A stretch of 64,000 nucleotides of DNA from Tubiluchus corallicola (GCA_030141605.1 JAQGDQ010000228.1:248001-312000); one strand, 5' to 3'. Positions 41,051-54,655 are shown, numbered from the stretch's first letter. Numbers and translations: made by a program. Notes: generated by a model from the sequence alone, not told the origin.

Positions 41051-44000
41051 TATATTGATATGATCATATGTATAATGTATAGTATTCATGTTATACTTTT
41101 TAACTTAGATGCGACATTTTAATAAAAACTAAGCACTTTATTTGTAAAATGAATATTAAATGTCTTTTTCATAAAGTTGAAATGCTTAATAAATGTGTTA
41201 TTTTATGCTCTAAAATCAGCGTGGAAACCAAGAAGGTGCAAATTTAACACAACAGAAAAATCAAACCTTTGTAATAGACTTGATGTGCTCTGTGTATATT
41301 TTACATTCTTTTATTAACAAACTATAAGTATTTTGTGTAAAAGTTTTTTAACCACGCAATACCTATCTAGACCAAGGCAATTGTTAAACGAATGAAATCA
41401 TTTAGTCTCTGGCAGAAAAAAAATCCAGAGATGGAGAAATTTGGTAATTTTATGACCTGGGCGCAGTAAATTGGAGTTTTTGATTCTTGGAAGAGAAGCG
41501 CATTCGATCGCACATTGAAAAGTGTTTCTTTCACACCTGTGTTTTTTTGCCGTTTAATTTCACGAAAGCAGATTAAACAGTTTAACAATGCGCGATCCCC
41601 CCTAAATAAGAGCAGTTAATGTTTAACTTTGCAGGCTTACGAATGTTGCCATCTTTAATGCCGCAGTTTCATAACATCCACACAAGAATTTGTTATTAAT
41701 TTGCAATGATATCAATTTCACAAAAGTAATTCTCGAGTTATTTAACAAGAATATTGGTACATTTTGCAAACAAAATCCACTAGAATGAAATATTTTGCGA
41801 AACAATTAGTTTGAATTTAAATTACAATATTTTGGCTTTAGAAATGTTAAATTATAAATTTGTTGATGATACATTACATTGCAATTCACATTACAAATAG
41901 ACAAAAAAACTACAGAAAGTTGAATGAATGGGGTTTAAAGCGGTTAATTTCGTTTCAGTGCAGTCAGAAATCTAGACAATTCACGTATCTGACACTGCTG
42001 ATTGGTGACTGTTTTGATTGCACAATCATCATTCAATTAGAGCACGAAGAGAAGAAAAACTCCAGATTGCATCTCCAAAGTATCTACAGAAAATGTGACT
42101 GTAAGCAGGCTGTTACGAAATAATATACTGTTAAAAATAAAAATTTATTTTCACTGTACTTTTGTCTGTCAAAATAAAATAGTGTGCAATTTTAAATACC
42201 CCTTTAATTGATCAGGGTCCGTCTTAAGAATGAAGAATTTTTATTGGTGACTGAATACTAATAAACAAGTGCTGAAGCCAACATAAGTCTTTTTGTTTGA
42301 ATATTTATGGATAATTTATTGACACACATATATTTCAGTTTATGAAGGTTAGCTCAATTTTTACAAGGAAAATAGAAAATATCAGCAATACAAACGATTG
42401 TTCTTATGCAGGAATTGTTTCGTGGATTGCTCTTAATATACGTGATTTAAATTATTCCGCAAACTCCTTTTCAAGAAATGAAATATTCGGAGTTTCTATA
42501 ATACGTAAGTCGAGTCGAGTTTATGAGTTTATTGTCACAAGAAGAGCGAAAAAACCTTTTGTGAAAACTTCAAACAAAAGGCCGTAGCAATACTCAAAAA
42601 ATATTAACAATAATTAATTAAAGAAAAATATTGAGTTTGCATCAATCATTTTATTGAACAATTAATTGCTAATTACGAATTGCGTAATTAACTGAATAAT
42701 AAAATGCTAATTAAATATTAATATTACAATGTCGACATTTGCTCTCTGTTCCTTTTGATCATTGGCTGCAGGAGATTCATAATCCAATTTTCATTGAAAC
42801 TTTCAAGACTAATGACGATCCTACACCCGGCACTGCCCCTTTTTTCAAGAACAGTCCAAATAATTAAGCTAGCGGCACTTTTAGACAAGAGGCTACAAAT
42901 TAATGGTGGAATAATGGTCGGTGTTGAACTGCATAACCAATCGTCTAAGGTTGTAAAGGAACCTAGGCGGCCTTAAGATGTTGTAGACATGTAAATTAAC
43001 TTTGTGTTACCAAATTGAGGTATTTTTACATTGCTTGTGCCCAAAATACCGTGCGTCCATTCAATGTAAATGAAATTTTTGAAAAATTTACTAATGTACC
43101 TTTTTAATTATTTTTTTTAATCTTCTTATGTTACGCAAACACTGCTGCATGTAGCTTTATAAATAAACAAGGTTTCTATGTGACAGCTGCGTTTAAAACA
43201 GCTGTGTGCTGTTTTGTTGACGTCGGCTCTTTGCTATCTGAACGAATCTAATAAATAGAAACTTACTGTTTTACTGTTAATATCAAGCTATGCTAGGTAA
43301 GGTTGCTATTCTGACAATGACTTTCGGCTGACAGTTCAGACTGGGAGACAAGGAACGCAGAATTGGACTGCGCCAATGTCGTTATACAAATACAAAGGTA
43401 AATTATATTTGCCAAAAAATTTGTAGAACTGCTGTTGACCTGTTTCGAAACTTCACAATTTAACTTGTTTTATGAACTACAAATTCTCAATAATTTTGAA
43501 AAAAATATAAACATTTTAAATGCTGGGTTAATATCCACGAAAATTAACCACAATGGCATAAAGAGGCGGGGCTTAGCGAGTTGGCGTCTGCTTATTGGCT
43601 GGAACCCTATCTTGTCAAGTCACTATAATAGAACGACGTACATTTCTTAACAGACACATATGCCTCTTTAAATTAAATGCTTTGAGACACTAGTTAATTA
43701 TGACAGTTTCCGATCATGGCATCTTGACACGAGCTAGAGAAGCGTGCAGTCAAGAAGAAGAAAACTCCAGTTTAAAAAGTTAAATTGCTTGAAAGCTTGA
43801 CCATCGACTTAATATATAAGTTCCTGTACGTGCGTGGTTTTTATGTGAATACATCTTCTAAATTTTGTATTGTATTTGTGTTGTATCCTGTTTAGTATTT
43901 TGTTTTGTATGTTTATAGTAGTATTAGTCTCAATAAAGTTTACAGTGGCCTACTGCAGCTGTAAGGTAATCTTTTGATATTATTTCGTTTTTTACGTCTA

Positions 44001-46925
44001 TCCATCAACGTACTTGTTTATTTTGGAGGTGGTGCTGAACAGCCACTGATATAATACCATCGCATATGTACATTTACTGGTTATATCAGCTAGTTTTAGG
44101 CGTGTTTTGTTTCGAAACTCGGGTGCAGAAATTCTATATGATATCAGATGATTCAGAAAATTAAATATAGTTTAAAATAAACTAAAAATAAAATGCAAAC
44201 ATGTCTGGCGATCAGTGTCCAGTGTAAATAGCTCATCAGTAGAATACAGAAGTTTCTTCGTGGAAAGATGCCTACAGCACATGAGTATTTTGAATTAAAT
44301 TTAAAATAGAAAATTACTGTTGCTTCTTATTGTGATATTGTAGCGTTAAGTCAAATTTAAACTTTACAAACTGCTTTATAATGAATGTGATACAGTAAGA
44401 AGATGATGGTTACTAAAAATGTTTTATTTATGAACATTTCACTCATAAATAGCTAATGTTAGATTAGAACAGATCACACGGAGATAATTTTCAATTACAG
44501 CAGTAAGTATAATTAATAAAAACGTGTCAAAGAAAGGAGAAGGCGAGACGTTTGAGTTTACCACCACCGTTCGACCATCTTCATGTAAAAAACGCAAATG
44601 ATTGTTAAATGTTAATATTTAGAATTTGTTTAGGTTTAGAATTAGGTTTAGCGATTGCTTGAGTTTTTTCTTTTTCATCTAAAGAAAGTTGTTCACCTGA
44701 ACATTGCTTTATTTCGATGATGTTGTAAATATCTGAGGCGAGTTTAATTGCTGCCCGCTAGAGGTTATTTTCGTTTGAAAAGTAAAAATATTTTATAAAA
44801 AAATTAGTCCACAATGGTGGAGTGGAAAGTCGAGTCTTTTCTTTCCTCTTTTTATAACGGAATCTTTTATCAATGAGATCAGATTAGAAAAAAATATTAA
44901 ATAGCAATATAAGTGAGTAATGAACGATCAAATGAGGCGATCAAATGAGTGTATGATCGCCAGAAAAGCTTCCCCTGGGTAATTTTGTCTACCACAGGGC
45001 TCTTTCCCACATTTTTGTCGAGAGAAAATATTACGTAAATGTTAAGCATCTTAACATACTTAAGCATTTTTGCCAATTTAATGTCTAATCACAGAAGATG
45101 GCCGGTAATAATAAGATATGAATCTGTGGCGACAACTAGACTCTACGTTGAGTCCTCCTGCCGTTGAGTACAAAATTCCTGGTTGCCGTAGGTAAAAAAA
45201 ATGCATGTGTGCCGTGCCAAGTTTGTGTGATGACTTTGTTTTCCCGTTTCCATTGGACATTTTATTACATAGGATATTTTTGTTATGTGCCCTACATATT
45301 TTATGTTGTTATTGTGGTTAATGACATCTGCATCATAATGTCCTGACAATTCTGTGCAACTGACAAAAGGGCCAACTTTTAATTTGAAAAAATTGTTTCT
45401 TAAATCTCATTGTAAATCCAACAGTCGGCCGAGAACATGTAACTGAGAAGTTAAATTTTACCGTTCACCTTTGCTCTAAGTTAATACAGCCACAATTATA
45501 TTTTTATACACTCAGCCGTGTATAATAGGCCTAGCACATTATCTAAACTCAAATCCAATTTATACGTTTCCGCTCAATTTTTTCTTTGCAAAAATGCGAC
45601 AGCTGGGCACGCAGAACATCTTAAAGATGATGGTTATGTGAACAGCTTGTGCAAAATGTTCTCAATACCAGCATTCATTCACTATTACTACACAAAGGGA
45701 TTTTAACTTCGAGGTTGCTAGTCACAGATAAAGCGCCCATTGTGCACTTGGCAGTTTAGTTTAATCGACAGTGGTGTGAAACAACGAACTTTGTCTACAC
45801 AAACCTGACCAGTCTAAGCAAAAAACACACGCGTGCGTTATAAAGGACCTGCTAGCTGTGTTATGTCATCAGTGATTACGCCGTAGTGTATATTATTACA
45901 TCCGTACTTATAATAGTTAAACCAAACTTCGCGACGCACAACCAAAACACAGTTTATAATTTATTTTCACATTGCAGGTTTGAAAAAAACGTCCATGACA
46001 GGTCATAGTAAAATTATAGAAAACTAAATGTCAAACATCTGCTTACTATTGAACATACCGCACATCATTCACATTTTCTTAACTCTCACTTACTGTGCTA
46101 TAATTTTTCCTGTGTAGGCACAACAAAAACACACTTTAACATAATGTTACTATTTGGTCGTGAATGGACCTTCATTCAACTATAATCAAACAACAGAGTT
46201 TGTTTGAGTAAATGCTATAATTTCACTATAAAAACACCTCACTGCCTTACAAGCGTCACTTACCTCTTTAATAAACTGAATTAGTTGTGTGTCTTAATAT
46301 GATACGCCACCCTATTAAGTCACTAGTTGCTGACCACTGCATGGCTTCAATTAGGAAAACTCGGTAAGGTCGAAGTCTTGCCAAAATTTGTGCAAAACAA
46401 TGTTTTCTTAAAATGTGCAAAAAACAATTCACAAAACTACAAAAAAAGATAAACTTAGAGGAGATTTTATTTAAGCTGCAATGACCACAATCAAGGCCCT
46501 TTCGAATTTCATAGCAATCACTCAGGAGATTTTTGAAAATAACCACTGCAATACAGAAAAATCCAAAAATCGTTGGATGTTTTACACAGCTAAAACATCT
46601 ACCAAAAAGCAGATGTCATTGCTTAAAAGTTGGACATTTTTGTTGTGGCACTGACGGTTATTATTATCATAGAATTACACCCGAAGGTTTGGTGAAAAAG
46701 CCGGCAGCTCAAGTAGCACAGTCACGTTGATTCCAAGTCGAATTATGGCGGGCGGCGATGGCGACAGTGTCAAATTCCACATCTAAAATATGGTGATCCA
46801 GTGTGTCAGGGGCGACGATCTGAAAGATGTATTCAATGTTCAATCAATGAGAAAATGAGATTCCGCGTAGAAAAGACCACATTAATGTCATGTGGAATCA
46901 ACGTATTTCTTTGGCACATGCAGGT

Positions 46926-46967
46926 ATGTGTGTGTATGTGTGCGTGCGTGCGTGCGTGCGTGCGTGA

Positions 46968-47015
<48 letters not shown>

Positions 47016-47044
47016 ATGTATGTATGTATGTATGTATGTATGTA
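46926..47044. repeat. Compound (TG)/(TGCG)/(TATG) microsatellite
   Basis: Directly visible. Confidence 0.93.
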
Positions 47045-47686
47045 TAAATGCTTTTTAAAAAAAGTGATGATGATGATGACGAGATGACGATAGTGGCCTA
47101 ATGTGAAAAGGCAAAGACACAAGACAAGACGTGTTTGAACATCTCAGCACTGTATTATTAAGTATGTCAACACAGTTTACAACAATTACATACGTATGCA
47201 AACTCTTCAAAAGAAGAAACATTTTAAGATCCAAACCTAGTTAAACTTACAAAAGCCGCATGTAAAGCCCCTCTAATTACAAATAGCAAGTGACCAAAAA
47301 ATGAAAATATAACGATTATACTAACAGTGGTGGGAACCTCTTATTCACAATAATATTTAATTGTTTCGTTTCATCATGTTGTGTGCTTGTAAATTGTCAA
47401 CAGAGTCTCAATCCCGTGTTTTTTTAATTTTCGAATCGGTGTATGTATGCATATTTTCTAAGAATGGTTACAATAACAATGATGATCATGATCATGACGA
47501 TAGGGTCGAAAGGTAGACACAAAACAAGACTACTTCAACAGTCAACACTGCATAATTAAGTACGTTATTTAAACTTATAACAATAACGATTAAAATTACA
47601 ATTACAATTTCAAGGTTTAGTTTTGCGTTGCGAAAAGAAATCTGGCTACATTTTTTTTTATGATTTTCATTATCTTGTTGGGCGAC

Positions 47687-47865
47687 TTAGACGTTCCGTA
47701 GAGTGAGCCCCTTTCTCTGGTTGCGTAATCGACGGTGATTTTTATTCGCTGCGTCGCTTAAATCTTTCATCTTCGTCAGATCTTCAATCATGCCAGGAAT
47801 AAAGCGAGCAAACTGCCTTGGATTACGAGGGTAGTCACGCTTAACCGGCGGGCAGGTACACTTAC
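47687..47865 (-). CDS. Short collagen-like protein, last coding exon (CTC motif, KR site, basic tail)
   Basis: Acceptor tacttccag|GT, phase 1, completes the Gly of the collagen exon. Reads GKCTCPPVKRDYPRNPRQFARF..HRRLRNQRKGLTLRNV*. The CxCPP mirrors the CNCPP before the helix. Confidence 0.72.
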
Positions 47866-48329
47866 CTGGAAGTACATTCATATTATTATTATTTTAGCTC
47901 CTTCGTAAGCCTCAGTTTAGGGCTAGCTATTTAAAAATAATCAGCTGGCTATGAATGTCCTAAATTCTAAAAAAACATATTAGGGAATACGTTAAAGAAA
48001 AATTTGCATATCTGGCGTTTAGTTGTTTAAACTTGATTTGTTGTGTTTTTGTAATCCTTTACAATTTGTATCACTTTGACACGGATCCGCATAGACGCAT
48101 ACTTAAAATTGAAATTCGAATGATTTGATGAAGAGAATTGTATAAGGGTTTTTAATTGGATTGATGTTTTTATATAAACTTTGTTTGTGAAATTGCTTGT
48201 GGTTATCAACAACATTAAATAATGAACTGAAATAAACTTCTATTTACAATGCATATGAAGACGGATAAACTAATTATAATGAACGGATACATGGGTGTAG
48301 TTATACGTATTTTATTCAAAAACATGCCC

Positions 48330-49072
48330 AAAGACAAATTTTTAACCAAAGGTGTACAACCGGGATCGGTACTGGGACCTTTGCTTTTCGTTGTTTTTAT
48401 AAACGATTTACGATTATAAACGCTGACACATGGATAAACTGTAAATAACTGAAATGCGATCTTGAAATGGAATGAGATTTCTTTTTACCAAGTCTAAAAT
48501 AATCTCAGTTGGTGATGGTTATGTGTTTGATTATTAACTGGTCAATGAAAATGACGCTCCAGTTTCTTCAACTTATTCATAATCTGAGCGTTTCTTGGAT
48601 TATCATACTCTGACCAATTAAAGAAAATTAGGTTGACTACTCTAAGTTATAGATGTCTAAGAGGTTAGCTAATTCCCTGTTATAAATTATTAAATAAAGT
48701 TTATTTGACAAATATGTCACCATTACAGTTTGAGCAAATCGTACTGTCTTCGAGCAGTGTGTTGCACCAACCTCGTGCAAAGCACAAAACTGGTTATCAC
48801 GATTCCTTCTTGTGTACGATAAGTGTGCCCATTTGGAACAAGCTTCCTGCGTCAGTTAGACGTTCACTGTCGATAAACGTTTTCAAGAATTCATTAGATG
48901 AGCACTTTGGGGAGCATTCGCGCTCTAAATTGATCACCGAGCTTTGTTGTTGCCGCCACCTCCATATATGTTTGACCACATATTGTACTAATTCAAATTT
49001 CGTATGCCATGTCATTAAACTTGTATTTGAATCACGTGTCCTAAAATTTTACAAAACTACGAGAATAATAAT
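48330..49072 (+). mobile_element. Deleted CR1-like LINE remnant (RT motif and ORF2 C-terminus)
   Basis: GVQPGSVLGPLLFVVFINDL at about 48351-48410 and WNKLPASVRRSLSINVFKNSLDEHF at about 48834-48908, followed by a (TAC)n run. Confidence 0.8.
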
Positions 49073-49242
<170 letters not shown>

Positions 49243-49707
49243 ACATATTTAATATTTTGAACCCCGCTAAGGGCTTCTTCGTTAGTGTAAAAATAGCAAT
49301 ATGCAAATTTTTCAATACAGAAACACTTTAAGATCCGGAGCCTGCCAAATTACAAATAAAAACTTCTAAAAACTCCAACAATAGTTATACAAATAGCATG
49401 TGACCAAAAACTGCACTCCGCTCTTATTTATATTTATGTTTCTTTTGATCCTTTTGTGTAAATGGATAAGCAAAATGGAAACAGGGTCTTAGTTCCGGGA
49501 TTTCTCTTAATTTCGGAATTGGGATCAAGTACGTGCCTTATTAGCTTGATTTGAGCATTACGGTTGATAAGCTATTCAGTCTTAAAATGAATCCTATGAT
49601 TTTGGTAACGATAGTCCGACTATAACGCACTTACTGACCTGTTTACCACATCCAGGACCAGTTGAATGTTCACAATTTAAAACAGCTTTTAATTTTAACG
49701 AACGTAC

Positions 49708-50193
49708 CTGGTGCGCCTGGCCATCCTTGTTCACCTTTATGACCTTTCATTCCTTTCATTCCTTTCATACCTTTAGGTCCAGAAGGCCCAAAAGGTCCAG
49801 AAGGGCCAGGTGGCCCAGAAAGTCCAGATGGGCCACTAGGTCCAGTAGCCCCAATAGGACCAGATGGGCCAGGTGGACCTGAAGAACCAGAGGGGCCAGC
49901 AGGTCCAGAAGACCCAGAGGGTCCTGGTTGCCCAGAAGGACCAGGAGGACCTGAACGACCAGATGGGCCAGAAGGACCACGTTCTCCAGAAGGTCCTGAA
50001 GCCCCAGAGGGTCCTGGTTGCCCAGAAGGACCAGGAGGACCTGAAGTACCTGAAGGACCACTTGGTCCTGTGTCACCAGAAGGGCCACTGGAACCAGGAG
50101 GACCAGAAGATCCACTAGGACCTGATGGACCAGTTTCACCACTAGGACCAGGGGGACCTGAGGGTCCTGGTGGACAATTGCAGCCGTTGTGTT
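49708..50193 (-). CDS. Short collagen-like protein, triple-helix exon (51 uninterrupted Gly-X-Y triplets)
   Basis: Acceptor tttttttacag| and donor CCAG|gtacgt define a symmetric phase 1-1 exon of 486 nt. Reads HNGCNCPP(GXY)51 with synonymous codon variation among repeats. Confidence 0.93.
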
Positions 50194-50296
50194 CTGTAAA
50201 AAAACAACAACAACAATAAAAAATAATTTCACATAAAATTCTAGTAACTGGGTGTCTGTGATTTTCTGGGTGTCTGTGATTTTTTGTGTCATGCAT

Positions 50297-52045
50297 TAAG
50301 CAAGTAACTAAGTAAGTAAATAATTTATATGTCGTTGATTTTTTTTACTGGATGACAATAAACAAAAGCAAAAATATAATAAGAAAGAAAAAAGACGGGG
50401 TGGCGAAAAGACCAACGGTCACCAAGTCAGCCACCTCTATACAAAATTAGAGAAAATTGAATGACCTGTTAAGTAGACATAGATAAATAAATATAAATTA
50501 TCAATCTGAAAACAAAAAGAAAAATAAGGATAGTTTGACACAAATTAACAAAATGAGTTCAAATAAGGTTAAAACTAAAAATGGCTAACAACAAACAAAA
50601 GTAGATAAAGTGAAACAAAATTAAAATTAGCAAACAGAACCAAAATTTAAAATGAAGAACCAAGAAACAGAATGAAAGCAATGCTAAACTGTAGTTGTAT
50701 CAAACATAATCAGTTGAGATCGGGTTAAAATTGAAAATGGCAAACAAAAGATAAATATTGTTATTGAGATGAAACACAATTAATTACAAAACCAGAATTT
50801 CAATTTAAAGAAACTCAATCCATCGTATGAACCAAAGAATGAAAGCAAAATCAGACTGTCAAAACTGAAAATCATTAAATTAAAAATAGTTTAGGCGAGA
50901 AATAAAATAAACGAATCCAATAATCAAACAATAATAAAAAAGGCATGGTGTAAAAACATGTTAAGTTTAAAAGTAGTTTATTTATTTTGGTAAATTGGAG
51001 TCCATGCAAGATAGTGGTATGCCAAAGAATAAAAGCTTAATGCCGAATATTATTTTTTTCAGAGTATGGGGGATATATAATGAATAGCTATCAGACGATA
51101 AAATAAATCTAGTAGTAATTTAGAAACGAAGCAGCGAAAATGGGGTGGTAAAGATTTCTTACTGAATTTCCTTAACTAAATAGCATAGTTCCCAATTTGA
51201 TACAAACGAATTTTTTTCGTTGCAGTGTGCAATATTTGGGAGTCTGTGATTTCAGAAGGGAGACTATTGTAAAGTTTGACACCATTATGGTGGAGAGAGT
51301 TCAAAGTATGTTGGGTCTTGAACCTACTTTGAAAATAGTGGCCTTTATTTGGGGATCTCGTGGAATGTGAATGGACTTCTCTTATTTTTAAAAAGTAATA
51401 CTTGTATAAACCTGGCAAAGTGGTCTGTGTTGTACCTGTACATAAATTTAAAGAGTTCCAACCTAGATGTATATATATATCGTAAACTTTTAGTATATTT
51501 AACTGGTTATATGAAGGTGCACCTTGAGCTATGTAATGAGAGAATGTAATCAGTTTAATAATTTTGTTTTGTACAGTGATAAGTGGTTGTAATATGTATT
51601 TGCTTTGTTTTCCCCCATCACAAAATGCCATACTGTAATTAGGGACATATGAAAGCGTAATGTATCATTTTGAGGATTGGTACAATAACAAATAACGTAG
51701 TTTTGCAAATATGCCTACAGTCTTACTTAGTTTTGTTGTTATAGTATTAATATGAGTCTTGCATTTCATATTACTATCAATTTGGAGCCCAAGGTACTTT
51801 ATGCAATTGGTCAATTGGTTTGAATTAAGTCGTAGTTACCTATTTTTAAGTTAAACAAAGAATTCTTATTTTGTGGCATTTTCTTTCCTATTAGCATGTA
51901 CTTAGTTTTTGAAAAAATTATTGACAATTTGTTGGCTAACATCTAATTATTTACTTTTATTAATTCACAATTAGTTTGGTTTTGGAGATACTGTAGATTG
52001 GTGTCAGAAAGGAATAAACTCGTAGGCAGATAATCGGGCTTTTAA
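50297..52045 (-). mobile_element. Decayed CR1/L2-clade LINE: RT C-terminal half, 3' UTR hairpin and (ACTT)n tail
   Basis: Minus-strand remnants ..SLFLSDTNLQYLQNQTNCELIKVNN*MLANKLS.., IKYLGLQIDSNMK, and ORF 51176-51631 (LQPLITVQNKIIKLITFS..GVKLYNSLPSEI), typical of CR1/L2 ORF2, with stops and frameshifts. Confidence 0.85.
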
Positions 52046-52099
52046 GTTAGAAACGCTTATTCGTATATAATTGGTACGCCATGCAAACTAGTTAACCTA

Positions 52100-52270
52100 T
52101 AATCTATATTGTCCTTCCTTCCTCTGTGTCCTGTACCCGATGTTACTCCACACTAATCGCTTCCCACACTAGATAGAATTAAAAAAAGTTCATTAGATAT
52201 AATAAACCACAAACAACGACACAATATGGTTGCGTTGCAGTAGCTTAACTGGCCAAGATGTTCAAGATGG
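52100..52270 (-). mobile_element. Inverted partial copy of the neighbouring LTR
   Basis: 52109-52173 and 52212-52250 are diverged reverse complements of about 52901-52967 and 52807-52846. Confidence 0.8.
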
Positions 52271-52526
52271 CATTCATTCAAGTAGTAACTATGCTTTGTT
52301 AAATATAATAAACATACTATTCTATGGATATCGTGAATAAGGATTAATGATTTATGTTATGCATAAATGGTTGTTATTATTTTTACGTAGTTATTATCTG
52401 TATTAAGCAAGTAAGTGCTTTCAGCACATTTTATATTATATACTTACTGTGGGCTTAAGTTCAAAATAAAGAATTAAACCAAACTGAATTAGTATTCCGT
52501 AACGGATTTGCATACGTTTTCTGCTA

Positions 52527-54655
52527 TGTTACGTCATGAGTTAATTAGCACACAATACCCTCAAGAACAAAGGATATGTATTAGATGATAGTAACTATGG
52601 GCACTTAGAAACTTAGTGCGCATGCTTCACACGTTATGTGGGCAATTTAGTCAGACCTAGATCATTGGTAACTAAAACTCCGAGCTGGTAACATCTATCA
52701 CCTTTGAAGTAATTGATTTGATATTGTAATTAGTGTTTTGGACTTGCGATAAACGGGTGTAGGTGTAGCACTTCTTAGCCATCTTGGTGGTTAGTTAGTG
52801 AAGTTTTAGTTAAGCTAGTGCAACGTAGCCATCTTGTGTCGTTGTTATATTTAGTGGGGTATGGGTGTATATCTAATGAACTGTCAGAAATTTGTTTATA
52901 CCTAGCGTGGGAAGCTATTAGTATAGTGTAACATCAGGTATAGGACATACAGAGGAAGGAAGGACACTGCTTGAATACAGATCAACTATCAGCATAGTGT
53001 ACTAATTAGAGAATAAGCGTTTCTTTCTTTGAATTAACAGACTAGAGTTGTTGATTACTTAGCTATAATCCCGTATTGCTGTTTGAGTTGTTCTGATTAT
53101 TTTATTGTCACGAGATAGCTTGTGGGGCTAGCACGTAATATTTGGGGACTCGTCCGAGATAGAATTACTTGAGCTTTACTGAGCATTGAGTGATTATAGT
53201 AAGTTGATCATCTTTCAAACACGTTGGAGTTTGATGTTGAAGTTTTTGTGCCATCTCCAGCTCTTGATACGTTAAGAAAATTAAAGGTTCAAATAGTCGT
53301 TAAGGTGAAATTGAACTGGAGTTACAGAATGAAAAAGGCGGAATTGCAACAGGTGCTAGTGATGACGAAGCAAGTATTGAAATTGAATTTGAAGGAGGTG
53401 GGGATGCAGATAGAGATGAAAAGATTAAAACTGAAGGAAAGAAAGGCTGTGGAGAGAATTGAGGAAAGAAGGGCTGAGTGGGAATTGGCGAAAGAACAGC
53501 TGAGAGGGAATCTAAAGGGATTTTTGACGGATTTGTTGGAGTTGTTGGAGGTGAAAATACAGGAAAGTTTGTTAAGATTCTCAGAGACACTGGAGCTGCT
53601 GCTGCGTTAGTTTTGTTGGAGGATGCTTTGCCAGTACCAAAGACAGTGGTATGACAACAGCATACCATTGTCATGATTCACGCCCCGTGCCTCAAGTCGA
53701 ACATGCATCCCCGATCAGTTGAGGTCGCAGTAAGTCCAAGTTTGCCTTCAGGAATTTCAAAGGTGTTGGGAAACGATTTGGGTAAGGGCATAACAATGGA
53801 GCCTTATTGTCTGCTGCACCGTACCTAGGACTAATGTAGCGGAAATTGATTAACTCAGTGTATTTTCAGCCTGCGCAGTTGCGAGAGCAATGGCCAACAG
53901 TGCAGAAAATGAAGAACAGGAAGGGGTAGTGGATCTGTCAGAAACATTTGTGTCGCTAATTAAAAAGAAGAGAGGAAATCACGAGAGACGGAGCAGTTTG
54001 CAGAAAATATAGAGGGAAGATCAGAAGGCTGACATAGTGAAATAACTTCACGACTCGATCAAATGAAAGAGAACCAAAAGACAGATGTAGAGATCGGTCC
54101 TCTTCTGGACAAACTCATAAGCGAGGAGAGAACTATCCAGTTGGTTAATTGGTTTACTACCTACAAGAGAGTGTATTAATGCGGTTGTGGCCACCCATAG
54201 ATGCGGCAGAAGTGGATTAACTCTGTATGGGTGTTGCCTAATAGGTGTGGAATCACCAACATTTACATCATAATATGTAACATCAGTACGCTTGGGCACA
54301 TCAGGAAATCCTTATGCTTCATTAGAAGGTTTTTCAAATCTTAAATCTGAGTGTCCTCTAAATTCTTCAACTTCTCATGTAAGTTGGTCAATATTTCATC
54401 GTTACTTAACTTCAGGGAATAACTAGACTCACTAGTAACATGATCTGGATCTACATAATCGCCAAATAACATTACAAACAGTTTGAGAGCTCACAAAGCG
54501 GAAATCCTGAAACAGGCACGCGAAGTTCCAATGCGCGGTCATTTGGGTACTAACAAAACAAGGAAAAGTACTTTTGAACAGTAGTAAGAAAGAGTGTTGC
54601 AGAATGTTGCACAACGTGTCAAATATGTCAGGCTGGCAAAAATTTCGAACCATAG
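52527..54655 (+). mobile_element. Rearranged Ty3/Gypsy (Gmr1-like) LTR retrotransposon remnant
   Basis: 5' LTR at 52527-53140 (TGTTACGT...ACGTAAtA) followed by a PBS. Gag-like ORF 53224-53610. Protease-end motif EVAVSPSLPSGISKVLGNDL and FSACAVARAMA. Integrase Zn-domain remnant GHLGTNKT..CTTCQICQ at about 54535-54630. Inverted pre-RT piece PIRQHPYRVNP at about 54200-54430. Confidence 0.85.
53143..53160 (+). other. tRNA-Pro primer-binding site
   Basis: TGGGGACTCGTCCGAGAT matches the canonical TGGGGGCTCGTCCGGGAT at 16/18 and starts 3 nt after the LTR end. Confidence 0.85.

Noticed and set aside
49765-50292. Alternative-frame and antisense ORFs over the collagen exon
   Set aside because: Shadows of the repetitive Gly-X-Y codons.
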